Positions 11,320 to 22,363 of a DNA stretch of 52,257 bases are shown one piece after another; the stretch's first letter is position 1, and every line of letters begins with the position of its first letter. The position numbers were made by a program, and so were the translations under genes. This DNA is from Catajapyx aquilonaris (lineage: Eukaryota). The stretch is from positions 1-52,257 of the forward strand of contig KZ538713.1 of NCBI GenBank assembly GCA_000934665.2. Reading direction: 5' to 3'. The notes below the pieces were generated by a model, which made no database searches, was not told the origin of the DNA, and saw nothing but the letters and a program-made list of their open reading frames with translations.

Positions 11320-13833
11320 AAGTCATTTGGTCATAAAAATATTTGTGAAAATTTAACAAATTCATTTATGCATATCTGGATTAACAGGAACTCCTAGATT
11401 TTCTATTATTTCGCATTCAACCGGGCCAAATTGCCGGTTGTATCTTGTCGACAAGTACCGATATGCTTCGTAGTCTCTATACGCACACAGTACTTTCCTG
11501 TAACACCATCACTAACAGCACACATCTTGTGCATCTGCATTGCGACTGCAACCTGAATAATTCATTTCCCTACGTATACATCCATTATTCCACATAACAA
11601 GTCTATGCCAACGGCATATGCGGCTCACATCACAAGAACTGCCCGTCCTGAGAAAGTTGAGTAAAAATGAATTCAGAGACTGGAAGAGCATCTGAAGTTT
11701 GAGCTTAAGGCAACATTTGGCTGGCAGTAAGCAGGAAGGAGGAAGGAAGTGGCCAAAAAAAGGAAATGGGAGGCAGCGGCTGCTTGGGGGCTGCCAGCTG
11801 ACAGACTCCATTTCCTTCCAAACTTGCAAAATGCTCTGTTCTGCTTCACTGCCTAATATTTTCTCCGCTTTCAAGAAGTGGGGGAAAAGAAACACATATA
11901 TACAGTTCAGCATTATTTGCTCAATGAAAATCAAAAGGGTCAACGGCTGATTCTTCTTTTTCCGTCCCTGTTTTTTGCGGTGGAACGGTCAGCACAGTTC
12001 ATCAGGAAATGAATTTTTATGACAAACACTCTTATCTGAACTATTTTGGGCCGGCTAAGAGCTATCAGACTGGACTCCAGTTTGGGCTTAAAGTGCTTCC
12101 TGTTTGCAAACAAAGGCTTTTTTATGGTATGATTCATAGAGTTAATGTGCAGCAATCGCAATTACCCACTCCCTAATGTGTGATACGGCGAACTGGATCA
12201 TACACGCAAGCCCATGAATGGTATATAACTTAGGCAAGTTTCTAAGTAGTGTCTTGTAATGTTGATATACTATAGAAGAATTAAGTCATTATAATTTGCA
12301 CCTTTGCAAAATTATGGAAATTGCAATTTCCTGTAAAAGCAAGAGAAAAGCATTAATCATATGGAGCAACATGCTGTTTCAAGGCTTAGTCGTTGAGACT
12401 CATTAGCACCATTAACTTTTCTCAGTACTCGTACCATAACTAGAAACACCTTAGAGTCTAGCTTTACCCTGAGAAGTCATTCGCAATGTCTTCAGTACTC
12501 TTCTCACAAGACGCCCGCACCGACAAACACAGCGTTAAAATGCAGCTAAATACAGGTGCTGTGTGATTGTTTTCAATGTTTTGCACTTGCTTGCCTTTGC
12601 AACACACTGCCATAGACAAAGGCACACAGATACTGGCCGGAAAGTAACTTGATGATAAGCCATGGATAGAAGTAAACACTAGACTCGAACCGCTTATCGC
12701 ACTTGATAACACCCCACAAGTATGACAAAAACCTTAAAATATGTGGAATATCCGTAGAATTTGTAGGCTGCAACAAATAGATTGAACGGGGTGACTAGTG
12801 ACAGAATGCTGCCGAGATTCACACTTTTATGCTTGGCCCAATAGTGACAACCTGCAACTTGCATACACTTCAGCCAACAGGCCTTTAGCAGCTCATTTAA
12901 CTCTTATAAAAATGGAAGCTGACCGTACGACTGAGCAAATGTCGATGACAGCCGCACAACTCATTACGGCTGCCTCGTCCGACCAACACCCTCTGCCCAA
13001 CAGCACCAAATGTACCCTACCAACAGGTGCTTCCAACCAACCCACCCTGACCTTCGACCTCCCCTCAAAACATCACAAAACCCACCCAAACAAGCAGACA
13101 CTCACACTAGGCCCAGCTCCCAATGCACTTTTGTCCCTCTTCCAGCTCCTGCCTGTCCGTCCAACTTGGTGTCCAGCCTTCCCAGTCCCTGCAGCCTTCC
13201 TCTCTTGGTCTGGACAATCCCCTGAATATGTCCCAAGGCACAAAACAAGACACAAACATTTCACCCAGGGTTCGTCCCACCCCCCACACAAACAACACTA
13301 CGAATATTACTAATCCAGGCGCCTACCAACCGTACAGCTCACAACTCGGGCTGGAACCGGGCACAAACCGGTCATAGCCACGTCCAATAGACTACCCTAT
13401 GAACTACCATACTATGACAGAGCTAGAGGTTAACTACGATGCGGATAGACATAATTGCAGTTAAGTTTGAACCTGGCTCAGCTCCATGTTAGGTTGGCAC
13501 GCTTCAGTGTTATTCACCTTCAGCTTATACCAAATGGCCTTCACAGCCCGCTTTATTACGGGAATACTTATTAAATTAATATTTAACTTACGTAAAATCA
13601 AAATAGGTATAAATTATTTACGTCTAAATGTTGGGTATGTCGGTTGCTGTTGGCAGTCCGGAAAAGCGGGTGGAAGTTTGAATAGTTGCGAACAGGTGGC
13701 GTTGGCGGACGGGGGAGATCCTGGCGGACGGGAGTGGAACCTGAGCAGCCCGACGATGGATTGGTTGCTCCAGGGTGGAAAAGCGCGGAGTTCGGTTCTC
13801 ATGTGGGAGAAACACACGGTATACTGTGCCGTT

Positions 13834-13992
13834 GTTAAAAGAGTATCTTACCACTTACCAGACCAGACATAAGTTAGCCTCCAACAAAGGTGCTGCCTCC
13901 CCCTGATGCAATAATGCAATGACTCTCACTCCACTAGGCAGCACCTCTGTTGGAGGCTAACTTGGTCTGATCTGGTGAGATACTCATTTAAC
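13834..13992. mobile_element. Hairpin MITE-like element
   Basis: Inverted arms aagttagcctccaacaaaggtgctgcct / aggcagcacctctgttggaggctaactt, plus outer arms gttaaaagagtatct / agatactcatttaac. Confidence 0.6.
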
Positions 13993-14305
13993 CGACTGGG
14001 ACCATACAAATAGTAGCATAAACACAGAATGTATTGAACGTAAAAACACACTATTTTACTTCATAGAGAGCAGGATTATTGTGGAGGAAATACATAACAC
14101 CAAGGTTTGTACATTGTAGCTTAAGCGCTAATTGAAGACATGAAATTCTGAATCATCATAGTCAGTGTCTATGATCATTCTGCATTTCAGGTCTTCAATC
14201 ATAGACATGCTAGTATGCGTGTGTACATCACTCAACCATAACAATTTAGTACACACTACATCTCACTCATAATTAGCAATTGTTAACTGTACATGGCAGA
14301 CATTG

Positions 14306-17065
14306 TCACTCAAAAGCTTTATCATCAAGCCATGGCCGGAAGACAGGAAGGGTCGTCGGGTAATGCGCTCCTCTTTTTCTCTTCAGGGTACCGTTGGAAT
14401 TCCTCAAAGGGTATGTGGCCATCATGATGGGCAGCTGCAGTTTAATTTCCTTCTCCAGACCTTGTGGACTGATGATGAACTGTGGAAACAACATTATGAG
14501 ACCATTGGTGATGCCACGTCAGAATGGATACTCACAAAGACATCGTACTGGATCCGTATGAGGTGGCACCCCCTGAGGTTGGTAGGTGGCAAAGGAGGTA
14601 CTGGCAACTGCTCGTTGGCCCATTCTTCGGTAGTACCTGGTCGTACCCTGCCTCGTCTGAGTGACGCCAACTCCCTTGTCTCTGTCTGTACCACCTTGTT
14701 CCGAGCAACGTACTGCACCGTCTCTGTCAGTGCAGCCCTGGTACCCTTCAGACCGACCTTAGAGTGGTTGGTCACAGTGGCCCAAATGGAGATGGTCTCA
14801 CCCGGTACGTACCCACCACGATCCAGCCGTACCCGACACGCCACAAGACCAGCACCCACGCAGCTCATGCCCAATCGGTGTTCTATTTCGCAATGGAATG
14901 GTTGCTGAAATGGATGTTAACACAATTAGGAACAATGAAGAACACCAGAAGAGTACTGTAACGGTCCCATTTCCCAGAATAGAAGGAGTGCTCCAGAAAC
15001 CAGTGGGAATGAACCCTGTCACGACATGATGACGAAAGAGTTCTCACGTACAGCCAAGATGGGAGGTTCCAGGTTAAGGTCAATCGGGTTCATGACGATG
15101 AAGACCTGTTGGTTCTTATGCACCAGGCCGTTGGGTTCCCTCATGGCGGTCTTGCAGTAGTACTGTACCCATCCGTGTTTACCCAGGAAGGTCGAGGGCA
15201 GACCCAGGGGCAGACCCAGTTTGAAAGGAAAGCTGTGGATCCCAGGAGACAGCAGTACCGGCCCTTGGTTCCCTGGAGAATCTGTGGGAATCTCGTGTTT
15301 CAGTTTGTCCGGTCAGTGTATATGGGTATACCCACGTACCTGATTCCCCCAACAGCCTCATGCGGAAGTCGATGTAACTCTCTTTATCCTCCAGCCTGTC
15401 CACTCCCCTGCTCTGTAGTCTTACCACACCTTCACCCACAACATGGAAGTAAAGACCTGTAAGAGATAAGAGAACCATTTGTACGGGTGTCAGACCAGAA
15501 CCTTTTCCTTCCGGAGGGCAACATGAATTATTATCATCGTTAGGAATGATTATAAACAACCGGAGGGCGACGGATACCAGGGTTTTGAACCCTACCAAAG
15601 AAGGACCGGTGAAGTAATAATGGTGTAATCCGGTTCGCCCACTGACGAAGGACGTTGGCTTTGGTACTTTCCAACTGCAATTAGGTTTGTCTTTAGTGTA
15701 GGTACCGATGCTATACCGATGGTCCAGAATGCTGAACACTACTGATGGGCATGAAGTCAATAATACCGATGGTCCTCCATGGTCACGACATCGGCCATGA
15801 TAGCCTATACCGATGTATCGATGGCCAAGATGCTGAACACTTATTACTGATGGTGCACATGCTGAACGCTATGGTGCAAATGTTGCACCATCATTAGTAC
15901 TCAACATTGCGGCATCAACAGGTATTTCTCAACTCTCTCGAGATGTGCGTGATGACGAAACGTGGTTTAGAGACGCGGAAGGTAAATGTTACGTGGGCAG
16001 TGCCCATGAAAGAGACACTTCCGAAGGATGTCAAGATGAGCAGGAGTCACGGTGGTTGTACTGTATGGTTGAACCCACAATGCATTTTTATGGGGTCGTA
16101 CCATTAAATTTGCGAAACTTATGTGCCATCAAGAGTACCGTTCAGATATGACGCGGACAAGTCGCACTGGACCGTTACGTTCATCTAGTTTCAGGATCAT
16201 TGCAACTGGCCCTTAGGTTACTAGGGAAAAAGGTGGAGTCTGCGGCCCCACCTTGTTTTAAGTGGATAAAAACTGACGGATTGACCCCTAAGAATTAACT
16301 GCTATACTTTCCCAGGTTGGTGTTACGTCACGTAATGATCAACGACCATGAACTTTTCCCTAGTTGTTCGCGTCAACCAGTTTTACACACTCATAAATTC
16401 TACTCGTGCTAACAGGCGTCATGTCGATACCGGTTTGAGATTCAGAAAATGGCACCAGTAAAAATCAACGGACGAAACCAATCGTGCTGATATTCGGTGG
16501 GTGTAAAGTCCACACCCTTTGTACTACCCACTACACAAACGGATATCCTTGGGACCTATTCGGAATCCCCCGTTAGTCCTCGCGAAACTATAGATTGTGC
16601 TCTTTTAACGGCTTCCTTTATCCTCCAGCAAATCCTGACCATACAAGATGACCCAACCCCTTGAGGGGAACTTGAATGTGGAGCAGTCAGGAGTCGCATC
16701 CTGATTCCTTCGTCTTGTGTGATTGTAATCGTATGACCTGAGGGTACGACAATGTGGCACTCCAGACTCCAGAGTACTGATTCTCATTGGCGCAGGGCCT
16801 CGCCGTAACTCTGACACAGTACTAATTCTCACGATTCGACATGAATTCTGATGTCCACTGTGGCACACACTGTTCAGAAAGTGTATTCGCCACATCACAG
16901 GTGTTGTCCTTTGATGGTACCAAATGACTTACTGTTGACAGGTGTGTCATCCTCAAGCTCTACCAGTACACGTCCGCTCAGAAACTGTCCAGGGAAGTAC
17001 AGAAGGTTTGGATTGTCGAAAAGGATGAGGAATTTGAGCAGCTTCCTGGCTGATGTCACCGACAT
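14306..17065 (-). CDS. Alpha-arrestin / arrestin domain-containing protein (ARRDC-like), 5 coding exons, ~337 aa, no PPxY tail
   Basis: Exons 17065-16933, 15456-15340, 15272-15052, 14904-14536, 14479-14306, all GT-AG and phase-consistent (1014 nt). Arrestin_N motifs LYFPGQFLSGRV and GIHSFPFKLGLPLGLPSTFLGKHGWVQY; Arrestin_C motifs DRGGYVPGETISI and VPPLPPTNLRGCHLIRIQYDV. Confidence 0.93.
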
Positions 17066-17645
17066 TGTTGAATCGTGTCACTCCAGCATCTGCGAAAGTA
17101 GCCACCACCAATAATAATAGCTAGAAGACCTTGACGCTCCCAATACGCCCATCCTTACCTTGTAAGAAAAATATTCCTCAGGCACTTTCTCCAATCCAAA
17201 TTTTGTTGGACACTTATTGTGTTGGGTGTTGAGGTTTTTTGGGGTGTGTTGTGTGTGTATAAGTGAAGGTGCGTTGTGTGGTAAAGACGGTTCCTGTCTG
17301 ATGCACCCGAGTTGGCAGAACCTCGAGGGGTTGGAAAAGAGAGGCCTTTCTCTCAGTGGCCAACCAGGACTCGCCACCAAGCTGTAGTGTGGTGGTTGAG
17401 GAGGAAAGGGAAGGTGAAACAGGTGGGTAGACTCGCCCAGCCAGCAGGTGCACACCTACGCCATCTTGCATCACAATCCTTTAAAGGAGCTGCACTCTCG
17501 CTGGTCCGGTCCAGGGCTCTGATTGCATGTGAAGAAATCTGATCCATCGCATGGTCAAGTCGACCGTATACTCACATGAGCCCGCAAGCCCGGATTTTCT
17601 GCCAATATTTAATATTGCTATAGCAGCTGAACTTGTTGGCAGCCC

Positions 17646-17659
17646 GTTTCCATGGAAAC
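17646..17659. promoter_or_regulatory. Perfect palindromic RFX X-box upstream of the alpha-arrestin gene
   Basis: GTTTCCATGGAAAC fits the consensus GTTNCCATGGNAAC. Confidence 0.55.
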
Positions 17660-17902
17660 CAAACAAGCAAACAAGCTTCAGGGCAAACAAGTAAACAAAC
17701 GTCACGACTATAACAAACAAAGCAAACGTCAGGACTAACAAACTAACTTTGGAGTTGGGACAAACAAACAAGAATCTTCAGGACAAACTAACAACCTTCA
17801 GAACAAACGTATTAACAATCTTCAGAACAAACGTAAATCTTCAGAACAAAAAACAATCTTTGGAACAAACAAACAAGCAGTCTTTAAGACAAACAAACAA
17901 AC
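17660..17902. repeat. AAAC-rich low-complexity/degenerate tandem repeat
   Basis: Recurrent acaaacaa and cttcagaacaaa units. Confidence 0.7.
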
Positions 17903-18349
17903 TTTACCTTTTAGGTTCAAGGGTCCCAGAAAATCAGTTTGTTATAACCGAGGTCTGTTATTATAGTCAATTCGCCACTTTTGCAATAAAAACACAAGTT
18001 TTCTGCTTTCATATGCGTATAATGCACACTAACTACATATACTGATTAATGGAGCTACACTGTACTCCCGATTATCCGGGTGCGGATTATCCGTGCATAA
18101 CCTAAAAATATTTAAAATTAAAGTCCGAAAAAATGCGTCGAATTTTCGTCCCACTGCTGGATACTGCTAACTTTGTGTACCAGCTAGAGTCAACACTGGT
18201 ACTGCTAAGTTAGCAGTTTAGCTGCTGTAACTAGCAGTGTGATGGCTACGTCACTGCACGCCTTTCGTGTCTGTTATAACCGAAAGTCCGTTACAGCCGA
18301 CGCGACGCTGTTATATCCGGAGTCAACTTTATAATTGATATTAAGGAGG

Positions 18350-18560
18350 TTGATCCAGCATTATTGCCTTTCAACCTCCTAGGATAGGGAAGTAAGGAAG
18401 CGGCTGTGGCCTATTATACGGAAGCGACCCCGGAATTATCCTAGAAAGAGCGTGGAAAACCACAGAAAACCACGGTCAGGGTTGCCGACCCCGGGATTCG
18501 AACCCAGGACCTCCCGATTAGCAGTCGGACGCCTTATCCACTATGCCAACCTGCTTCGGT
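18350..18560 (-). mobile_element. tRNA-derived SINE
   Basis: Minus strand reads TGGCATAGTGG (A box) ... GGGTTCGAATCCC (B box), then a non-tRNA body gttttctgtggttttccac...ggccacagccgcttcctt resembling insect SINE bodies. Confidence 0.75.
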
Positions 18561-18589
18561 TATCCGGAGTCAACTGTGCTATTATACGG

Positions 18590-18770
18590 TATATTAGTTT
18601 ATTGTAGGCCTATTAGTGTATTAGTTTATTGTAATAGTGCATTGTTTTATTGTAATAGTGCATTATTTTATTGTAATAGTGCATTAGTTTATTTTATTAT
18701 TATATTAGTTTATTGTATTACCGGTAGTTTATTATATTATTATATTAGTGTATTGTATTAGTTTATCTAT
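18590..18770. repeat. AT-rich ~21-bp degenerate minisatellite (ttattgtaatagtgcatt...)
   Basis: Direct reading of tandem units. Confidence 0.75.
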
Positions 18771-18896
18771 AATATTAAAATCCTTGCGGGAGTTGCCCAA
18801 GCCCTCTGATTGGTCCGCCGCATATTGTTACCGCTACTTCCCCATTGACCCGCGTTCTACCCATGCGCAATGTGGTGTAAACAACTCCTCTGCGGC

Positions 18897-19036
18897 AAGG
18901 GGTTAGCAACTCCCCAAAAAAGTGTACACCAGATCCTGGAACCGGGAGGTTCCAGTTCCACCCGGTTCCAGGCCGGTTCCACCTGCCGGTTCCTTGGCCA
19001 GTGTGTACACCGGCTCCAGGGAGTTGCTAACCCCTT
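18897..19036. mobile_element. Small MITE-like element
   Basis: 18-bp TIR aaggggttagcaactccc / gggagttgctaacccctt with internal ggttcc repeats. Confidence 0.6.
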
Positions 19037-20334
19037 AGTTGCCGGGGAAACTGTCAATTCCTTCTCAGTATTGTCGCCCAGTTGGCACTACTGTGAAGTT
19101 GTTTACAGAGTCAGTTCCCTTTATGGAACGACAGACACATGACAGACATGTTCTCACTTTGTCACTAATCGGGCCGTTCGAAGACTGCTGGAGGGCTAAC
19201 GTTACACCCTCCCCCTGCGTCCCCGGCGATATGGTGCGCCGAATAGGTACCCCATGCCGCAGGCCTAGGAAAGAGCGAGCGAAGCGAGGGTTTTCCTAGT
19301 TATTAGTTTATTATAATATTAGTACATATTGTTTACATGTGGCGCATCCCTGTATATGTCGAATACCCCCGCCTAGTGCTACTTCCATCCCCTTCCGCCA
19401 GAGTCCTCCCCCTCCCCCTCCCCACCCACTGGTCCACATGGTGCCCCCATCTGGCGTGAANCCCTCCCCTCCCCTTCCCCTTCCCTCCTTCTCCGCCGCC
19501 TCTCCCCACTTTACTGGGACGCCTTTTTTCCAGTAGTCCCCAAGCACTCGGTGGAAGCGGGTCGATCCGGTGTCTGTCCACCCGTGTGAACAACAACAAC
19601 AACAGTGCGTGGGTGTGTGTGTGTCGTGTGTACCGCATACCCGTGGTGTACATACCACACCGTGTGGTGTGACGTGTTTGCTGGTTGGACCGGAGTAGGA
19701 AAAACCGGTTTGCCGCTTTTTGTGCCCGGTTGCTTTGGTTGGTGGAGGAGGGGGTGTTGGAGAAGAGGAGGGCGGTGGGGGGAAAAAAAGTGACGCATAG
19801 AGGTCTTTGATCCTTCGCATTTTGGGATACCCAAAAGGTACGTACCTGTTGCGTACTTACGCTATTGATATGGTAAGTTAAACAAAAGTTGACGTAGCTT
19901 CTGGCGCTTTGCAAAAATCCGTGACGTCAGGAAAGGTTGCCAGGTCGCTGCCCCATTGTGTGTGTGTGCCACATTGTTGCTTACAGACGGCGTAGTGCAT
20001 TACATAACTAATATTTCCACATGACCCCAAAATTCCCCTCCCCCATGTTCTTCAAAACATTATTTTTTTGTTGTACCGTTTATTTGTTACTGTACGTCAA
20101 AACAACGTAATACGACCTTGCCACCTGGTCACCTTGGAGAATGTTTCATCACAGGTATCGGATGATGCCAGACATCTCTGGGTGAGGACCCCCCTTCCAT
20201 ATGATGCTGCAATTTCTCACGTCCTTCAGTGCGCAGTAACTACAGTAATTCACTCAGCCTTGGATGTTTTACAGCTTGTAAATTTAGGCTCGATTCCAGG
20301 AATAGAACGGGAAGTAAACAGAGGTGAATATACC

Positions 20335-20806
20335 CGGTAGATGGTGTTGTGCGGAGATGGACAGCCGGTAGATGGCGTTGGACTAAGAGGGACACCCTGG
20401 TGCTGGACTAACATGGACACTGTAGATGGCGTTGGACTAAGAGGGACACCCTGGTGCTGGACTAACGTGGACACTGTAGATGGCGTTGGACTAAGAGGGA
20501 CACCCTGGTGCTAGACTAACATGGACACTGTAGATGGCGTTGGACTAAGATGGACACTCTGTAGATGGCGTTGGACTAAGATGGACACTCTGTAGATGGC
20601 GTTGGACTAAGATGGACACTGTAGATGGCGTTGGACTAATAGGGACACTCGGTAGATGGCGTTGGACTAATAGGGACACTCGGTAGATGGCGTTGGACTA
20701 AGATGGACACTGTAGATGGCGTTGGACTAAGATGGACACTCTGTAGATGGCGTTGGACTAAGATGGACGCAACAGATGGCAGCACCCTCTGTAGCCATCT
20801 ACCGGC
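20335..20806 (+). repeat. Minisatellite of GTAGATGGCGTTGGACTAA units (CTCF-motif-like)
   Basis: Cores at 20368, 20422, 20476, 20530, 20561, 20592, 20621, 20652, 20683, 20712 and 20743; periods 54,54,54, then 31,31,29,31,31,29,31. Confidence 0.92.
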
Positions 20807-21555
20807 AGATTTGTTTACAAGCTGTCCAATCAACCCCAATCACTCTTCAATTGGGCTTAACAATTCAATCCTTGTACGGTACACGTGCGGAGCCGGATTT
20901 ATTCTTAGAGCTGTTATTTGTAGTCGGCCTACCCCGCTATCTGGTGGACGAAAAAGGCGACGGGGAATCTTTACGATCCCGGGACTTTTTTATTTTTGAA
21001 TCTTGTCCAGGCATTGTTGGGTAGAGGCTACCCGGATTGTGAGAGGCCTGGGTTGAGGCTAAGTCTGGATCGTATTTTCGGAGCGTACAGTGACCCCTGT
21101 TTGCAAGGTCAAGGTGGGTTGTTCATGTAAAAAAAAAAATGTACCTTTGCCCTTCGGGGTTTTCCGGACCGGAACCGTGGCGGGAAATGCCCCGAGAAAA
21201 TTGCAAAGGTCTGTTTTTTGTATATTTACTATGACTTTCACCGTGCGCAGTACGTCGTTGTCATTTTTTTTTGTAATCCTAGCGTGAGTCTGTAAATAAA
21301 GGTTGGGTCTGGACACGCAGATGTTCTGTTGTTGTCCTGACTCGAGTCCTGATTGGCTGTTTTGGGCCGTGAACGACGGGGCAGGAAGTAAACATTGGCA
21401 TTTAGATTACGGCCTGGTTCTAAATGGAACACACTTGGTCGTATGTAATGCACGTGTTTGGTATGAAACGAATCCGAACACTGACAATGGTGTTACGTAA
21501 GTGTGACGTTTGTGATTGTCGTCAGAAAGCGACAACGTATCTTATATGATTTCTG

Positions 21556-22050
21556 TTGTACCTGCGTATTCTAATGTGAATACCGCTTAGAACAGCCAGT
21601 TTGGGTTAACCACCGACCGTTGAGTACGACCATGCCTCAGTGTCCGAAACAGGTACCCCCAAACCAAACCATGGAGACCAAACAGGTGCCTTTAGTTGTA
21701 CCTGCCTACTCTAATGTGTATACCGCTTGGAACAACCCGTTTGGGTCAACCATTGCTCTAAAAATGACAGTTGAGTACGACCATGCTGCAGTGCCCCAAA
21801 GATGGCGGACAGTTCCCCGGATGGACGCCACATCCGGGCAACTGGCCGCCATCTTTGACAACAAGCCGGTTTCTGTTTGTACCTTCAGTTGTACCTACTG
21901 TTTCTAATGTGTATACCGCTTGGAACAACCCGTTTGGGTCAACCATTGCTCTAAAAATGACCGTTGAGTACGACCATGCTGCAGTGCCCCAAAGATGGCG
22001 GACAGTTCCCCGGATGGACGCCACATCCGGGCAACTGGCCGCCATCTTTG
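21556..22050. repeat. 193-bp tandem duplication (two near-identical copies plus an older partial copy), each carrying a 61-bp hairpin
   Basis: Hairpin caaagatggcggacagttccccggatg...catccgggcaactggccgccatctttg at 21797-21857 and 21990-22050. Confidence 0.9.
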
Positions 22051-22363
22051 CGCACCTCTCTAAATGAACCTGGGGAATGTCCGGGCTAATTTTCAAGACT
22101 GGTCTGGTGACTCTGGAAATACCGATGACGCAATGGAGCAGGAAGGCCGAAGAAGGATCGTTGACTCTCTGGAATGCTTAAAGCGGCGTAACGGCCATTC
22201 ATGGGATTAAAATGTGCACACATACAATAATGGGATGGCGGCGTCTGTTTTGCTTCCGTTAGGAGGATTGTTATGTATATGTGTTGATATGTTGAGACAT
22301 GTATGGCCTTTTGCAGGATGGAGCACGACGGAGGGAGAAGAGCGAGCTGATTGGTGTCCAACA

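Noticed and set aside
11512..13400. Additional gene or autonomous transposon ORFs between Shc and the arrestin
   Set aside because: Short ORFs with no recognisable domain or consistent exon chain; only a possible degenerate tRNA-like head near 13340-13410.
17078..17152. 24-aa aromatic-rich uORF (MGVLGASRSSSYYYWWWLLSQMLE)
   Set aside because: Most of it lies in a well-formed 69-nt GT-AG intron; only MLE-stop would remain in spliced mRNA.
18480..18560. Functional tRNA gene (GCT anticodon-like loop)
   Set aside because: No long variable arm as expected for tRNA-Ser, weak acceptor stem, and it runs directly into a SINE-type body.
22235..22363. Upstream in-frame ATG extending InR-a
   Set aside because: A plausible acceptor (ccttttgcag) lies at ~22316 and the homologous region in InR-b is out of frame, so ATG 22364 is preferred. 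Not fully excluded.
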